A DNA stretch of 64,000 nucleotides, taken from the IMG/VR virus record IMGVR_UViG_3300023170_004399, positions 96,001 through 160,000 of that record. One strand, given 5' to 3'. The notes below the pieces were generated by a model, which worked only from the letters and a program-made list of their open reading frames with translations, ran no database searches and was not told the origin of the DNA. The position numbers and the translations under genes were made by a program. The stretch comes from a virus. Lineage: Duplodnaviria; Caudoviricetes. Shown piece by piece: positions 50,904-59,680 of this stretch (its first letter is position 1; each line of letters opens with the position of its first letter).

Positions 50904-51371
50904 GTGGCTAAATTAAATAAAAAAGCTTTAAAGCAACTAATCAAAGAATGCTTAGTAGAAATATTAGTAGAAGGAATTGGCGACGAAGGAGATATTCTGG
51001 AAGAGTCGTTTTATAGATCTGATATTGAACCTAAACGTACGAAGAAAAAAACTAGCAATGCTTATAAACAAAAAATGCAGCAAATACAAAAACAAAGAGA
51101 TGAATTAGATAAAGTTCGTGTTAATTCACAGCCTCAAGTAAAACAAGATTTTTCTGATATAACATCTGATAGTGTAATGCAAAGTATTTTTGCGGATACA
51201 GCTAAGACTACTTTGGTGGAACAAGTTGAAGGAAAGCGCGGTAGTATTTCTGGCCCTGTAGGTGGAAATGACACATATGCTAGAATTGCAAATGAGAATG
51301 ACCCTATGGACTTGTTTGAAAATTCAAGTCGTTGGGCTAATTTAGCATTTATGGATAAAAAACCGAGTTAA
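50904..51371 (+). CDS. Hypothetical head-region protein (155 aa, GTG start)
   Basis: GGAGG RBS; N-terminal LKQLIKECLVEILVE. Confidence 0.75.
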   Translation: MAKLNKKALKQLIKECLVEILVEGIGDEGDILEESFYRSDIEPKRTKKKTSNAYKQKMQQIQKQRDELDKVRVNSQPQVKQDFSDITSDSVMQSIFADTAKTTLVEQVEGKRGSISGPVGGNDTYARIANENDPMDLFENSSRWANLAFMDKKPS

Positions 51372-51374
51372 TAT

Positions 51375-51381
51375 ATAATTA
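51375..51381 (+). promoter_or_regulatory. Candidate late promoter ATAATTA
   Basis: 35 nt before ATG 51410; this unit would include bS21. Confidence 0.4.
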
Positions 51382-51409
51382 GGTAAGTACACTTTTCTGG
51401 AGATATGTT

Positions 51410-51721
51410 ATGAGAAAAAGACGCACAAAAAAAGTAAAAAAGATGTCGGCCGCAGAGCTTAAGAGATTAATCTTAAGTGAAGTGAAAAAATTGCAAATGG
51501 AAGCATTAACTGGCAAAGTTGAAGATATTTCAAAAGTCAAAGCTGAAGAAGTAGATGCATCTGAGTATGCTGATAGTATTGAGCAAGATATAGATTTTAT
51601 GAAAGCTTTAAAAATTCATGAAGCAAAACTAAATCGCAGACATAAAATTATGCGTAGAAAAATGTTAAAGTTGCAGGAAGCAAAGAATAAGTTACGTCGA
51701 AGAATAACAAAAAAATTATAG
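51410..51721 (+). CDS. Hypothetical basic coiled-coil head-region protein (103 aa)
   Basis: GGAG RBS; LKRLILSEV motif. Confidence 0.75.
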   Translation: MRKRRTKKVKKMSAAELKRLILSEVKKLQMEALTGKVEDISKVKAEEVDASEYADSIEQDIDFMKALKIHEAKLNRRHKIMRRKMLKLQEAKNKLRRRITKKL

Positions 51722-51733
51722 GAGTAACATAAT

Positions 51734-52249
51734 ATGGCTAAAAGAAAAGGCTTCACATTAGTTGAATCAAATAAAAACGGTCAAGATGGACAAAAAGGTA
51801 GATCTAATCATGCCAGATTAGCTGCAGCCTACCCAGGTAGCCCGGCTTATAGTGGTGATTATGGTGATCAGACTGTTCATGATTTACAGAAAAAAGAATT
51901 GCTAACTGGTAAAGTTATTAATGGGCACATGTTTGCTAGTTATGATAGAGATTTTACCGGTGATGGAACAATCTCACCACCCGGTTATGCGGAAGTTGAT
52001 GTTGATGGTGCAAACTTATCTAATCCTTTTATGGCAAATCTAGGATCCCCCGGTGAAGGTTCTTTTGATGATGATTCTAAACCAGCACCTAGTGAGCATT
52101 TGCAAGATGCAGAAGCTATTGTAAAAGATAATTTTGGAACAGGCGATAATATTGTACTGCGTAATCCAAAATCAACTAGTGAAAAAGCTGCTTTAGGCGA
52201 TCCTTCTACTCTTCAAAAAGGTGTTAGCCCTGCTAGTGCGAAAAGTTAA
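51734..52249 (+). CDS. Hypothetical head-region protein (171 aa)
   Basis: AGGAG RBS; Gly/Pro/Asp-rich. Confidence 0.75.
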   Translation: MAKRKGFTLVESNKNGQDGQKGRSNHARLAAAYPGSPAYSGDYGDQTVHDLQKKELLTGKVINGHMFASYDRDFTGDGTISPPGYAEVDVDGANLSNPFMANLGSPGEGSFDDDSKPAPSEHLQDAEAIVKDNFGTGDNIVLRNPKSTSEKAALGDPSTLQKGVSPASAKS

Positions 52250-52252
52250 TAA

Positions 52253-52831
52253 ATGACACATTCAAAAGTATCAATCGGAGGCGGAAATTTTCCGGCCAGT
52301 CATGGTGACAGTAGAGACGGGCTAGGTTATGGTCGTCTCCGACCTACTTATGGAATGAAAAGTATGGGTAACAACTACCCGTATACGTGGGAAGAAGATA
52401 GCGATTTTGACTGGGAAGACGCTGATGTCGATGAAGAAGATATAGCAGCTGTTTCTGATAAACAACAGGGTCCGAGAGACTATGATCATGGTGGTGGGCA
52501 TTATGATCCTTTTTCTTTTGCTGGTGGGAATACTAAACTAGGTGAAGCGACGTCTATAAGTCCTATACCACACAGTAAATTGTATGGTAAAAACTTTAAA
52601 AGAAGTGCTGTTGGTGGCACTAAAACTGGAAAGGTTATCCCTGCAGTCAAGCACAGTACTGTGCCAGACACTTATGGTAGCAATGATGGTTTTTCTACAA
52701 TTTTAAGCTATGATGGCAACCATTATGATGAAAATGAAAATGAGGAAGATATATATAATTTAGAGGACGTTGCTAATGTCCAACAAGAAAATCTTTTAAG
52801 AAAATATATAAGAAATTTAATTGAGGTGTAA
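52253..52831 (+). CDS. Hypothetical head-region protein (192 aa)
   Basis: Acidic patches; C-terminal LLRKYIRNLIE. Confidence 0.75.
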   Translation: MTHSKVSIGGGNFPASHGDSRDGLGYGRLRPTYGMKSMGNNYPYTWEEDSDFDWEDADVDEEDIAAVSDKQQGPRDYDHGGGHYDPFSFAGGNTKLGEATSISPIPHSKLYGKNFKRSAVGGTKTGKVIPAVKHSTVPDTYGSNDGFSTILSYDGNHYDENENEEDIYNLEDVANVQQENLLRKYIRNLIEV

Positions 52832-53083
52832 ATGTCAAAAAAAGGTCACTCTAAGGGTAATTTTACTGTTAGGCACAAATTTAACAAGAAAAAAGCAAAG
52901 TTTCAAGACATGAGTTTAGAAGATCAAAACATGTTGTTAGTTAAAAAGTTTCAGAAAAAATTTAAACAAAGCGGCATTATAAAGGAATTAAGAGATAAGG
53001 TTGCTCCTATAACTCGCGGTCAAAAAAGACGGGCTAAAATTAAGGCGGGCATTAGAAGGGCTAAAAAATCACAAAAAAAATAG
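52832..53083 (+). CDS. rpsU: Phage-encoded ribosomal protein bS21 homolog (divergent)
   Basis: LVKKFQKKFKQSGIIKELRDK...QKRRAKIKAGIRRAKK follows the bS21 pattern AL(K/R)(K/R)F..K..K.G...E.R.R....K.S..R......A..R; highly basic, 83 aa; GAGGT RBS. The usual (F/Y)xKPS is replaced by APITRG. Confidence 0.72.
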   Translation: MSKKGHSKGNFTVRHKFNKKKAKFQDMSLEDQNMLLVKKFQKKFKQSGIIKELRDKVAPITRGQKRRAKIKAGIRRAKKSQKK

Positions 53084-53101
53084 TTTATCTTATTTTAGGT
53101 A

Positions 53102-53108
53102 ATAATTA
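53102..53108 (+). promoter_or_regulatory. Candidate late promoter ATAATTA (scaffold-MCP unit)
   Basis: 33 nt before GTG 53135. Confidence 0.4.
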
Positions 53109-53134
53109 ATGAATAGTTTTTACGGAGAAATGTT

Positions 53135-54949
53135 GTGAAAAGTATATATGAGCAAGCTATTGCTGATGCTAAGAAACTCAAAGAAATTGCAGAAGCAAAC
53201 GCTACTAATAAAATTATAGAAGCAGTAACACCAAAAATAAGAAGACTTATTGAGCAAGAATTAGAGGGTGATGAGCTTGTTGATGATGATATGGAAGATT
53301 TAATTGATGATCAAGATGATTTAGATGATCTAGATGACGATGATTTAGATGATGACATCGATGATGAAATGGATGATTTAGATGACGAATTAGACATGGA
53401 AGATGAAGCTTATGATCCGGGTGGAGACTATGGTTCTGATGTAGAATTCAATCTAGATGGTATGTCAGATGATTTAGGTATGGAAGATGCAGGAAGTGAC
53501 TATGATATGGATGTTGATTTTTCTGCAAATGATGAACCAATATCTGTCGACACTGATATGTCAATGCCTGATAGTGATAGTGGTAAAAATGTTACTTTTA
53601 ATATCACTGTTGAGCAAGCAGCAAATAAAAATTTAAAACATTTGTCTGGTAGAAAGAGATATAAGCTTATGAAAGATAGAGCTGGTTTCCTTATTGCAAA
53701 ATTAGCAGAGTCAAAAAATAGACGCCAGCAAAAGAAAATTTTATCTGAATTAGCGAAAATTAAAAAACAGTTAATACTTATAAACAATGGAACAAAAACA
53801 GTCCTCACTGAGGGTATTTCTAAGTTACTAAAGGAGAGTAATATGAATAGAAGAAATCGTCGACGTAGTCGACTTAATGAAAACGCCTGGTGGTTGTTTG
53901 AAGCTGAGGGCGATGAAAAAGAAGCAGAAGAAGCAGAAGCTGGATTCGATGATGAAGAAGAAGGCGGAGACGAAGAAGACTTTGACATGGATGATGAAGA
54001 CATGGGTGAAGACGAAGAAATAGACGTCGATGTTGATGCGATTAAATCTGCTGTCGAAGATCTTGCTGCGGCCGTTGGTTTAGAAGTAGATGAAGGTGGA
54101 GCAGATGATGAAGACATGGACTTCGGAGATGATGAAGACATGGACTTCGATGATGAAGATTTTGGAGACGATGATGCTGATGCCGATGATGCTGATGATG
54201 CTGATGCCGATGAAGGTTACATGGCTGAAGAAGATGAGAAAGAAGTTGTTGAAATTTCTGAATCTATGCTTCGAAGAGAACTTAGAAAAATGAATGAGTC
54301 GAAAAGACGTCGTAGAAGAACACCTAGAAGAAGACGTAGATTAAGAGAAAGCGAAGCTAAAGATGCAGCATCTTCTTTTGGTGGTGGAAAAGCTGAGAAA
54401 GATATGTTCGTAGATGTTTCTGAAGAATCATTGCTTAATGCATTGGCTGAAGAGCTAGGTGATGCTCATGATATGACTATCAACTCTGAGCATGCAGAAG
54501 GCGGCGCAGATAAAATGGTTGGTCACTTTGGTGGTGGATCAATTCAAAAAGGTGTTGTACCTGAAGCTCGATTGCGTAGAGAAAGACGCAGAGCTCGAAT
54601 TGCAGAAAGAAAAGCAATAGCTGCTAAAAAAGAATTGCGTGAGTCGAATCTTTTTAACGCAAAGTTGCTTTATGTTAATAAACTTTTACAAAACCATAAC
54701 TTGTCAAAGAAACAACAACGTGCTATTGTTGAGGCTCTCGATAATGCTAAAACAGTACGTGAAGCAAAATTGTTATTTACTTCTTTGACAGAATCACTTC
54801 AGAGACGTAACACTAAGGGCAGTGCACGTCGATTGTCTGAAGGGCGTATAATAGGATCTGGATCAAGCAAATCAGTCCGTAGTGGGTCTCCTGCTAAAAT
54901 TGGAACTGAGTTAGATCGATGGCAGGTACTCGCTGGTATTAAAAAATAA
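53135..54949 (+). CDS. Prohead core/scaffolding protein (T4 gp22-like, GTG start)
   Basis: IYEQAIADAKKLKEIAEANA start, long Asp/Glu tracts, C-terminal LRESNLFNAKLLYVNKL..AKTVREAKLLF and ELDRWQVLAGIK; directly before the MCP. Confidence 0.75.
   Translation: MKSIYEQAIADAKKLKEIAEANATNKIIEAVTPKIRRLIEQELEGDELVDDDMEDLIDDQDDLDDLDDDDLDDDIDDEMDDLDDELDMEDEAYDPGGDYGSDVEFNLDGMSDDLGMEDAGSDYDMDVDFSANDEPISVDTDMSMPDSDSGKNVTFNITVEQAANKNLKHLSGRKRYKLMKDRAGFLIAKLAESKNRRQQKKILSELAKIKKQLILINNGTKTVLTEGISKLLKESNMNRRNRRRSRLNENAWWLFEAEGDEKEAEEAEAGFDDEEEGGDEEDFDMDDEDMGEDEEIDVDVDAIKSAVEDLAAAVGLEVDEGGADDEDMDFGDDEDMDFDDEDFGDDDADADDADDADADEGYMAEEDEKEVVEISESMLRRELRKMNESKRRRRRTPRRRRRLRESEAKDAASSFGGGKAEKDMFVDVSEESLLNALAEELGDAHDMTINSEHAEGGADKMVGHFGGGSIQKGVVPEARLRRERRRARIAERKAIAAKKELRESNLFNAKLLYVNKLLQNHNLSKKQQRAIVEALDNAKTVREAKLLFTSLTESLQRRNTKGSARRLSEGRIIGSGSSKSVRSGSPAKIGTELDRWQVLAGIKK
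54104..54208 (+). repeat. Short exact tandem repeats in the scaffold acidic tract
   Basis: GATGATGAAGACATGGACTTC at 54104-54124 and 54128-54148; GATGATGCTGATGCC at 54170-54184 and 54194-54208. Confidence 0.9.
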
Positions 54950-55001
54950 GCCCGTTCAATTATACCTTAATTTATAAAACAAAATTTATTGGAGATTTTT
55001 T

Positions 55002-56975
55002 ATGTCTTTTAATGTAAAAATGTTGACTGAAGGTATCCGTGAACGACACATGGGCGCTCAACACAAACGCCTAGTCGAGAAATGGAACCGCACCGGTCTA
55101 CTTAGAGGTCTTAATGGCCAAAACAAAGAAAATATGTCTGTATTGCTTGAAAACCAAGCTGCTCAAGTATTGCGTGAAGCTAACACACTTGGAAATGGTG
55201 GATCTGCTTCCGGTGATATTCGTGGTTTCCAAAACGTAGCATTTCCTATCGTTCGTCGTGTATTCGGTGGATTGGTTGCTAACGAATTGGTTTCTATTCA
55301 ACCAATGTCACTTCCTTCCGGACTTCTTTTCTATCTAGATTACACATACGGATCAAATGTTGGTGGATCAGATCAATCTGGAACAGATAACGACAGCTCA
55401 GTGTACACTTCTGGACAATCTATTTATAACAATCCTACTGGTAAGGGAATTCAAAGCGGTTCTCAAGCAACTGGTGGTCAATACGACTTGCTTGGTTCTG
55501 GTTTTTCCAGACGTCATGTAACACAAAAGTTTGACAACTCTGATAGTGAATTAATTTTAGGTGCATTTACAGATTTTAATACTTGGTCTACTACAACAAA
55601 TCTTATTCAAGAAGGTACAGCTAGTGCCGATGCTCAGGACTTGTTCTCTGCAGGTAACGGTCGTTTTTCTGGATATGATACAGCACTTGCTAATCGTATT
55701 GACAATGGTGATTATGATGCAATTTGGGCTTTGGTAAAGCTTTCTCAACTAACTAGTTCTTTGGGCAAAGTTGATGAAACCATGGTTAAAGACATCGGTC
55801 TTTTTACAACTGGTACAGTTAACGTCAGTACTAACATAGGTGCTTTTGACACAACTGATCAGCCTGGTAACAACCTTCTTAACCTTCGAAGATTGAATCA
55901 AATTGTACAATACAATAGTAGTACAAACAAAGTAACTCCTGCACCACTAGCGACATCTGATGTAGCTGATGCATATCTTTTGACACTTCTTCGAATGGAT
56001 GGAGCTTTAACTATAGTTCCTGCATCTGGTGACATTGGTGACGAAGATATTTCTGTTTCTTATCCTATTAAGGCACAGCTTGATGTTGGTTCTACAACTG
56101 GTGATGCATTGACTATTCCAACATTCGAATCAAACCTTGATAGCCAAAACGGTAGTTCTTATTCACAAGTTTCCCCTGTTATTCCAGAAATTGATATCAA
56201 AATTGAATCTCTTTCAGTAACAGCTGTAACTCGTAAGTTGCGTGCTCGTTGGTCTCCAGAATTGGCACAAGATCTTAATGCTTATCACTCATTGGATGCT
56301 GAAGTTGAATTGACACAAATCCTTTCCGAGCAAATTGCTCTTGAATTGGACCGTGAAATTCTTAATGACTTGTTGACAGCTGCTAATGGTGCTAACTTCT
56401 TCTGGTCACGTGCTCCTGGAAAATTTGTTAACAAAGAGCGTGGAACAACTATAAAACGTGCAGAAGGTACATCAACAGCTGATCCTGGACCTAACTTTAC
56501 TGGTACAGTTCGTGAATGGTATGAAACTCTTGTTGAGACCATTATTGATGTAGCTAACACAATTCAACGTAAGACATTGCGTGGATCAGCTAACTTTATC
56601 GTAGTTGGACCTGATGTTGCTACTATTCTTGAAGCTTCAGTAATGTACAAGCCTTCATATACACTTGATGGTGATGGACAAGCACAAGCTGGTCTTACAA
56701 TCGGTGCAGAACGTGTTGGTAACTTGACAAACCGTTTCACAGTTTATAAAGATCCTTACTTCCCACGTAACAAGATTCTTGTCGGTTACAAAGGTGGATC
56801 TTACCTTGAAACAGGTTATGTATATGCTCCTTACGTACCTCTTATCGTAACACCTACAATCTTTGCTCCTGAAGACTTCACACCACGTAAGGGTGTAATG
56901 ACTCGATACGGAAAGAAGATGGTTCGATCAGACTTCTACGGAACTGTAACATGTTTGGATATGAACATCATCTAA
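55002..56975 (+). CDS. gp23: Major capsid protein (T4 gp23-like)
   Basis: VRRVFGGLVANELVSIQPMSLPSGLLF, TRKLRARWSPELAQDLNAYH, EIDRE-like ELDREIL, YAPYVPL, FTPRKGVMTRYG. Confidence 0.96.
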   Translation: MSFNVKMLTEGIRERHMGAQHKRLVEKWNRTGLLRGLNGQNKENMSVLLENQAAQVLREANTLGNGGSASGDIRGFQNVAFPIVRRVFGGLVANELVSIQPMSLPSGLLFYLDYTYGSNVGGSDQSGTDNDSSVYTSGQSIYNNPTGKGIQSGSQATGGQYDLLGSGFSRRHVTQKFDNSDSELILGAFTDFNTWSTTTNLIQEGTASADAQDLFSAGNGRFSGYDTALANRIDNGDYDAIWALVKLSQLTSSLGKVDETMVKDIGLFTTGTVNVSTNIGAFDTTDQPGNNLLNLRRLNQIVQYNSSTNKVTPAPLATSDVADAYLLTLLRMDGALTIVPASGDIGDEDISVSYPIKAQLDVGSTTGDALTIPTFESNLDSQNGSSYSQVSPVIPEIDIKIESLSVTAVTRKLRARWSPELAQDLNAYHSLDAEVELTQILSEQIALELDREILNDLLTAANGANFFWSRAPGKFVNKERGTTIKRAEGTSTADPGPNFTGTVREWYETLVETIIDVANTIQRKTLRGSANFIVVGPDVATILEASVMYKPSYTLDGDGQAQAGLTIGAERVGNLTNRFTVYKDPYFPRNKILVGYKGGSYLETGYVYAPYVPLIVTPTIFAPEDFTPRKGVMTRYGKKMVRSDFYGTVTCLDMNII

Positions 56976-57009
56976 TCTAGTTATTAGATATATTGTTCAA
57001 CAATGTAAG

Positions 57010-57035
57010 AAAGGTGGCTTCGGTCACCTTTTTTT
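57010..57035 (+). terminator. Rho-independent terminator after the MCP, C(UUCG)G tetraloop
   Basis: AAAGGTGGC-TTCG-GTCACCTTT ending in a T7 run. Confidence 0.92.
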
Positions 57036-57112
57036 ATACAATGTTATATAAACTAGTATATTATATTGTCTCATTCAGAGACATTATTTACACGTTACAC
57101 GGAGAGTTTTTT

Positions 57113-57325
57113 ATGAGTAAAAACCCATATACGACAAGAGCAGATCTGTTAAGCCAAGCAGAACATATATTACATCGCAAATACGAAGATGCTAAAGGTA
57201 GGCTTTTTTTATTAATCGACAAAACTGGAAAAAGTCCTTCTGAAGTCAAATGGCCTGATCCACCCACGACAGAGGAAATTATTGCAGAGGCAGAAAAATT
57301 ATATCAATTTGTAAATAAAAAGTAG
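57113..57325 (+). CDS. Small phage protein (70 aa)
   Basis: Real start ATG 57113 behind GGAG (the 56993 start crosses the terminator); KNPYTTRADLL...PTTEEIIAEAEKLYQFV resembles a small family I recall from T4-like phages. Confidence 0.7.
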   Translation: MSKNPYTTRADLLSQAEHILHRKYEDAKGRLFLLIDKTGKSPSEVKWPDPPTTEEIIAEAEKLYQFVNKK

Positions 57326-57352
57326 TATTTTAAAACTTTTGTATAATTAAAA

Positions 57353-57385
57353 GAGGAAGCAGTTTACATACAGCTTCCTCGTTTT
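57353..57385 (+). terminator. Hairpin, possible weak terminator
   Basis: GAGGAAGC-(12 nt)-GCTTCCTC followed by GTTTT. Confidence 0.5.
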
Positions 57386-57429
57386 ATAATGTTTATTATC
57401 TTTATATTATTAAGTTATGGGAGTTAGTT

Positions 57430-57735
57430 ATGGCTATTACAAAGAAAACAACAAAAACTGTTACGACAGATAAGCAAACTGTAGAGAAAGAAGAGTGTTG
57501 CCAAGCTTGTGAAAAAAATGTTAAGGAGTTAGAGGCAAAGATTGGTAGTTTAGAAAAAAGTCTATCAGAAGCTTTGTCGCTTGTTAAAGAATTGCAAGAA
57601 AAAGTTAGTTCTACCCCTAAGCCTGTGGCTGCAACTGCTGGAACAGTTGACGGTGAGGCAAGATCTGCAATTAGAGATGTCATTAAAATATTAAGGTCAA
57701 ACAGAAGACCAAATATGGAATGGCCAAAAATCTAG
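57430..57735 (+). CDS. Hypothetical coiled-coil protein (101 aa)
   Basis: GGGAG RBS; heptad stretch; CCxxC; bounded by hairpins. Confidence 0.7.
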   Translation: MAITKKTTKTVTTDKQTVEKEECCQACEKNVKELEAKIGSLEKSLSEALSLVKELQEKVSSTPKPVAATAGTVDGEARSAIRDVIKILRSNRRPNMEWPKI

Positions 57736-57773
57736 ATTTTATAGGTTTTTTAAAATATATTTGCAGATATTTT

Positions 57774-57802
57774 AAAGAGGGTAGGTAAACCCTCTTTTTT
57801 TT
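57774..57802 (+). terminator. Rho-independent terminator
   Basis: AAAGAGGGT-AGGTAA-ACCCTCTTT ending in a T8 run. Confidence 0.85.
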
Positions 57803-57813
57803 GTTTTTATTAT

Positions 57814-57820
57814 ATAATTA
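57814..57820 (+). promoter_or_regulatory. Candidate late promoter ATAATTA (neck unit)
   Basis: Just after the terminator and 30 nt before TTG 57844. Confidence 0.45.
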
Positions 57821-57843
57821 GAATAAGAAACCGGAGAAATATA

Positions 57844-59025
57844 TTGGCCACTTTTGAAAATACTGTAAATCCAACACCCTTTGGTGTTTTTGATAGTGAT
57901 GCTGCATTTATAGCACATGCAGATTCTATGTTTACTTTTGTACGTAGAAAACTAGGTGATGATATACTCTCTGTGGAATTAACAAAGAAGCAAGTATGGG
58001 CTAGTTTTGAGGAAGCTGTATTTGAATATTCTAAAATGATTAACGAATACCAAGCAAAGTCACAAATAGGTAATTTGTTAGGCGAAAGTACTGGTAGTTT
58101 AGATGGCAATTATGGCCCTACTGGTTTACAAGGCAAATTTCCTAGAGAAACATTTGAATTTTTAATGCGTAAATCTGAACCTTATATTGCTCATGCAGGT
58201 TTAGGTGGATCATGGAATAATGTAAGCGGCAGTATTGCCTTAACTGCTGGACAACAAGATTACGATTTAGCAACAGACTTAAAAGATGGTGATGGAAACT
58301 TATTAATTGATCAAGCTAATGGAAAACTTAGAATATGGGAGATATTTCATTTTAGCCCACAAGCAGCATATAGATTTTTTGATACAACTTCAGCTATTAA
58401 CTATTTGAATAACGAATTTGCTTTTGAAAGTTTTACTCCAGAAACTGTCTTCTATGTACTGCCAGTATATGAAGATTTATTGCGTGCACAACAAATGGAC
58501 GTTTCTAATCGTGTGCGACGAAGTAATTATAGTTACACAATAACTGGTACTAAATTACGCATATTTCCAAAACCTTCTGCAGATCAAGCGACACAAAAAC
58601 TATGGCTAAATGTTGGTTTTCCAATGACTGGTACTTCTATATCAACTTATACAGATCCTTCGATTGATGGTGTTTCGGGTTTGCACAATGTCCCTTTTGG
58701 CACATTAGAATATAAGGCAATTAATTCAACGGGGCATCAATGGATAAGACAATATACATTAGCTTTATCAAAAGAAATTTTAGGCTTGGTAAGAAGCAAG
58801 TTTGGTAGCGTACCTATACCTAATGGTGACTTACAGCTTAATGGATCTGATTTATTAAGTCAAGCTCAAACAGAAAAAACAGAATTAAAAACGAGTCTTA
58901 AAGAAATGCTTGAGAGTATGACGTATGATAAAATATTAGAAACTGCGGCAGCGGAAGCAGAATCTAAAAACAGATTGTTAAAGTTAGTGCCAGTTCCTTT
59001 AGGCAAATGTATAACTATAGGATAA
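57844..59025 (+). CDS. gp13: Neck/head-tail adaptor (T4 gp13-like, TTG start)
   Basis: RRKLGDDILSVELT, WIRQYTLALSKEILG..RSKF..PNGDLQLNGSDL; GGAG RBS. Confidence 0.75.
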   Translation: MATFENTVNPTPFGVFDSDAAFIAHADSMFTFVRRKLGDDILSVELTKKQVWASFEEAVFEYSKMINEYQAKSQIGNLLGESTGSLDGNYGPTGLQGKFPRETFEFLMRKSEPYIAHAGLGGSWNNVSGSIALTAGQQDYDLATDLKDGDGNLLIDQANGKLRIWEIFHFSPQAAYRFFDTTSAINYLNNEFAFESFTPETVFYVLPVYEDLLRAQQMDVSNRVRRSNYSYTITGTKLRIFPKPSADQATQKLWLNVGFPMTGTSISTYTDPSIDGVSGLHNVPFGTLEYKAINSTGHQWIRQYTLALSKEILGLVRSKFGSVPIPNGDLQLNGSDLLSQAQTEKTELKTSLKEMLESMTYDKILETAAAEAESKNRLLKLVPVPLGKCITIG

Positions 59026-59035
59026 AGGATAAATA

Positions 59036-59680
59036 ATGGCTAGATTATTCATAACACCAAAAGAAATAGATTTTATTTCAGACTTGACAAAAGAAATAAC
59101 AAAAGATGTTATAGGTCAAGTTATTTACTATTATAGAGTTCGTCAAGATGTTTCGAATGTACATGATATTTACAATGAAAGTATTGATAAAATATTTGAT
59201 CCTCCGATTGAAATAGATTGTAGATTTGAATGGGACCAAGGAACAGTAAATATTGATAAGTTTAGTTATGATAGAACATATAATGTCTCTGTATATATTC
59301 ATTTTAGAGACATGATAGATAGAAATATAGATTTAATGCCGGGTGACTATTTTAGTTTTGGAGAAAACTTTTTTGAAGTTACAACTATAGTCTATGACAA
59401 AATGATTTTTGGTCAAATAGAACATTTAACTGGTTATATACTTAAGGCAAAAACAGCTAGAAAAGGTCTTATCAATAAAACTCCGATTGGCCCGACGTCA
59501 GAAATTTATACTGAAGATGATGCTGTGCAAACTGAATTTACGCAGCAACGTGGAAACAGTGAAAAAAGTGATAAAAGAGAATTGGTATCTGATGGCACTT
59601 TGGAAGAATCTATTACTGGTGCAAAAACAGTTAAAAAAGAAGATGGCGCTATTAAATCTTCATTTTATGGTGACCAATAA
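59036..59680 (+). CDS. gp14: Neck/head-closure protein (T4 gp14-like)
   Basis: IGQVIYYYRV..IYNES..KIF, MPGDYFSFGENFFEV; follows gp13. Confidence 0.65.
   Translation: MARLFITPKEIDFISDLTKEITKDVIGQVIYYYRVRQDVSNVHDIYNESIDKIFDPPIEIDCRFEWDQGTVNIDKFSYDRTYNVSVYIHFRDMIDRNIDLMPGDYFSFGENFFEVTTIVYDKMIFGQIEHLTGYILKAKTARKGLINKTPIGPTSEIYTEDDAVQTEFTQQRGNSEKSDKRELVSDGTLEESITGAKTVKKEDGAIKSSFYGDQ

Noticed and set aside
54104-54208. CRISPR-like direct repeats
   Set aside because: Repeats are in-frame, nearly adjacent, lack unique spacers, and there are no cas genes.
53500-54293. 213-aa Ser-rich minus-strand ORF and Met-rich + strand ORF 54090-54293
   Set aside because: Alternate-frame readings of the GAT/GAA repeats in the scaffold acidic tract.
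56993-57112. N-terminal extension of the 110-aa ORF (and the longer starts at 1934, 28381, 44683, 47028, 49006, 50455, 60838)
   Set aside because: These starts run through terminators, promoter motifs or upstream genes; the downstream ATGs fit RBS position or gene spacing better.
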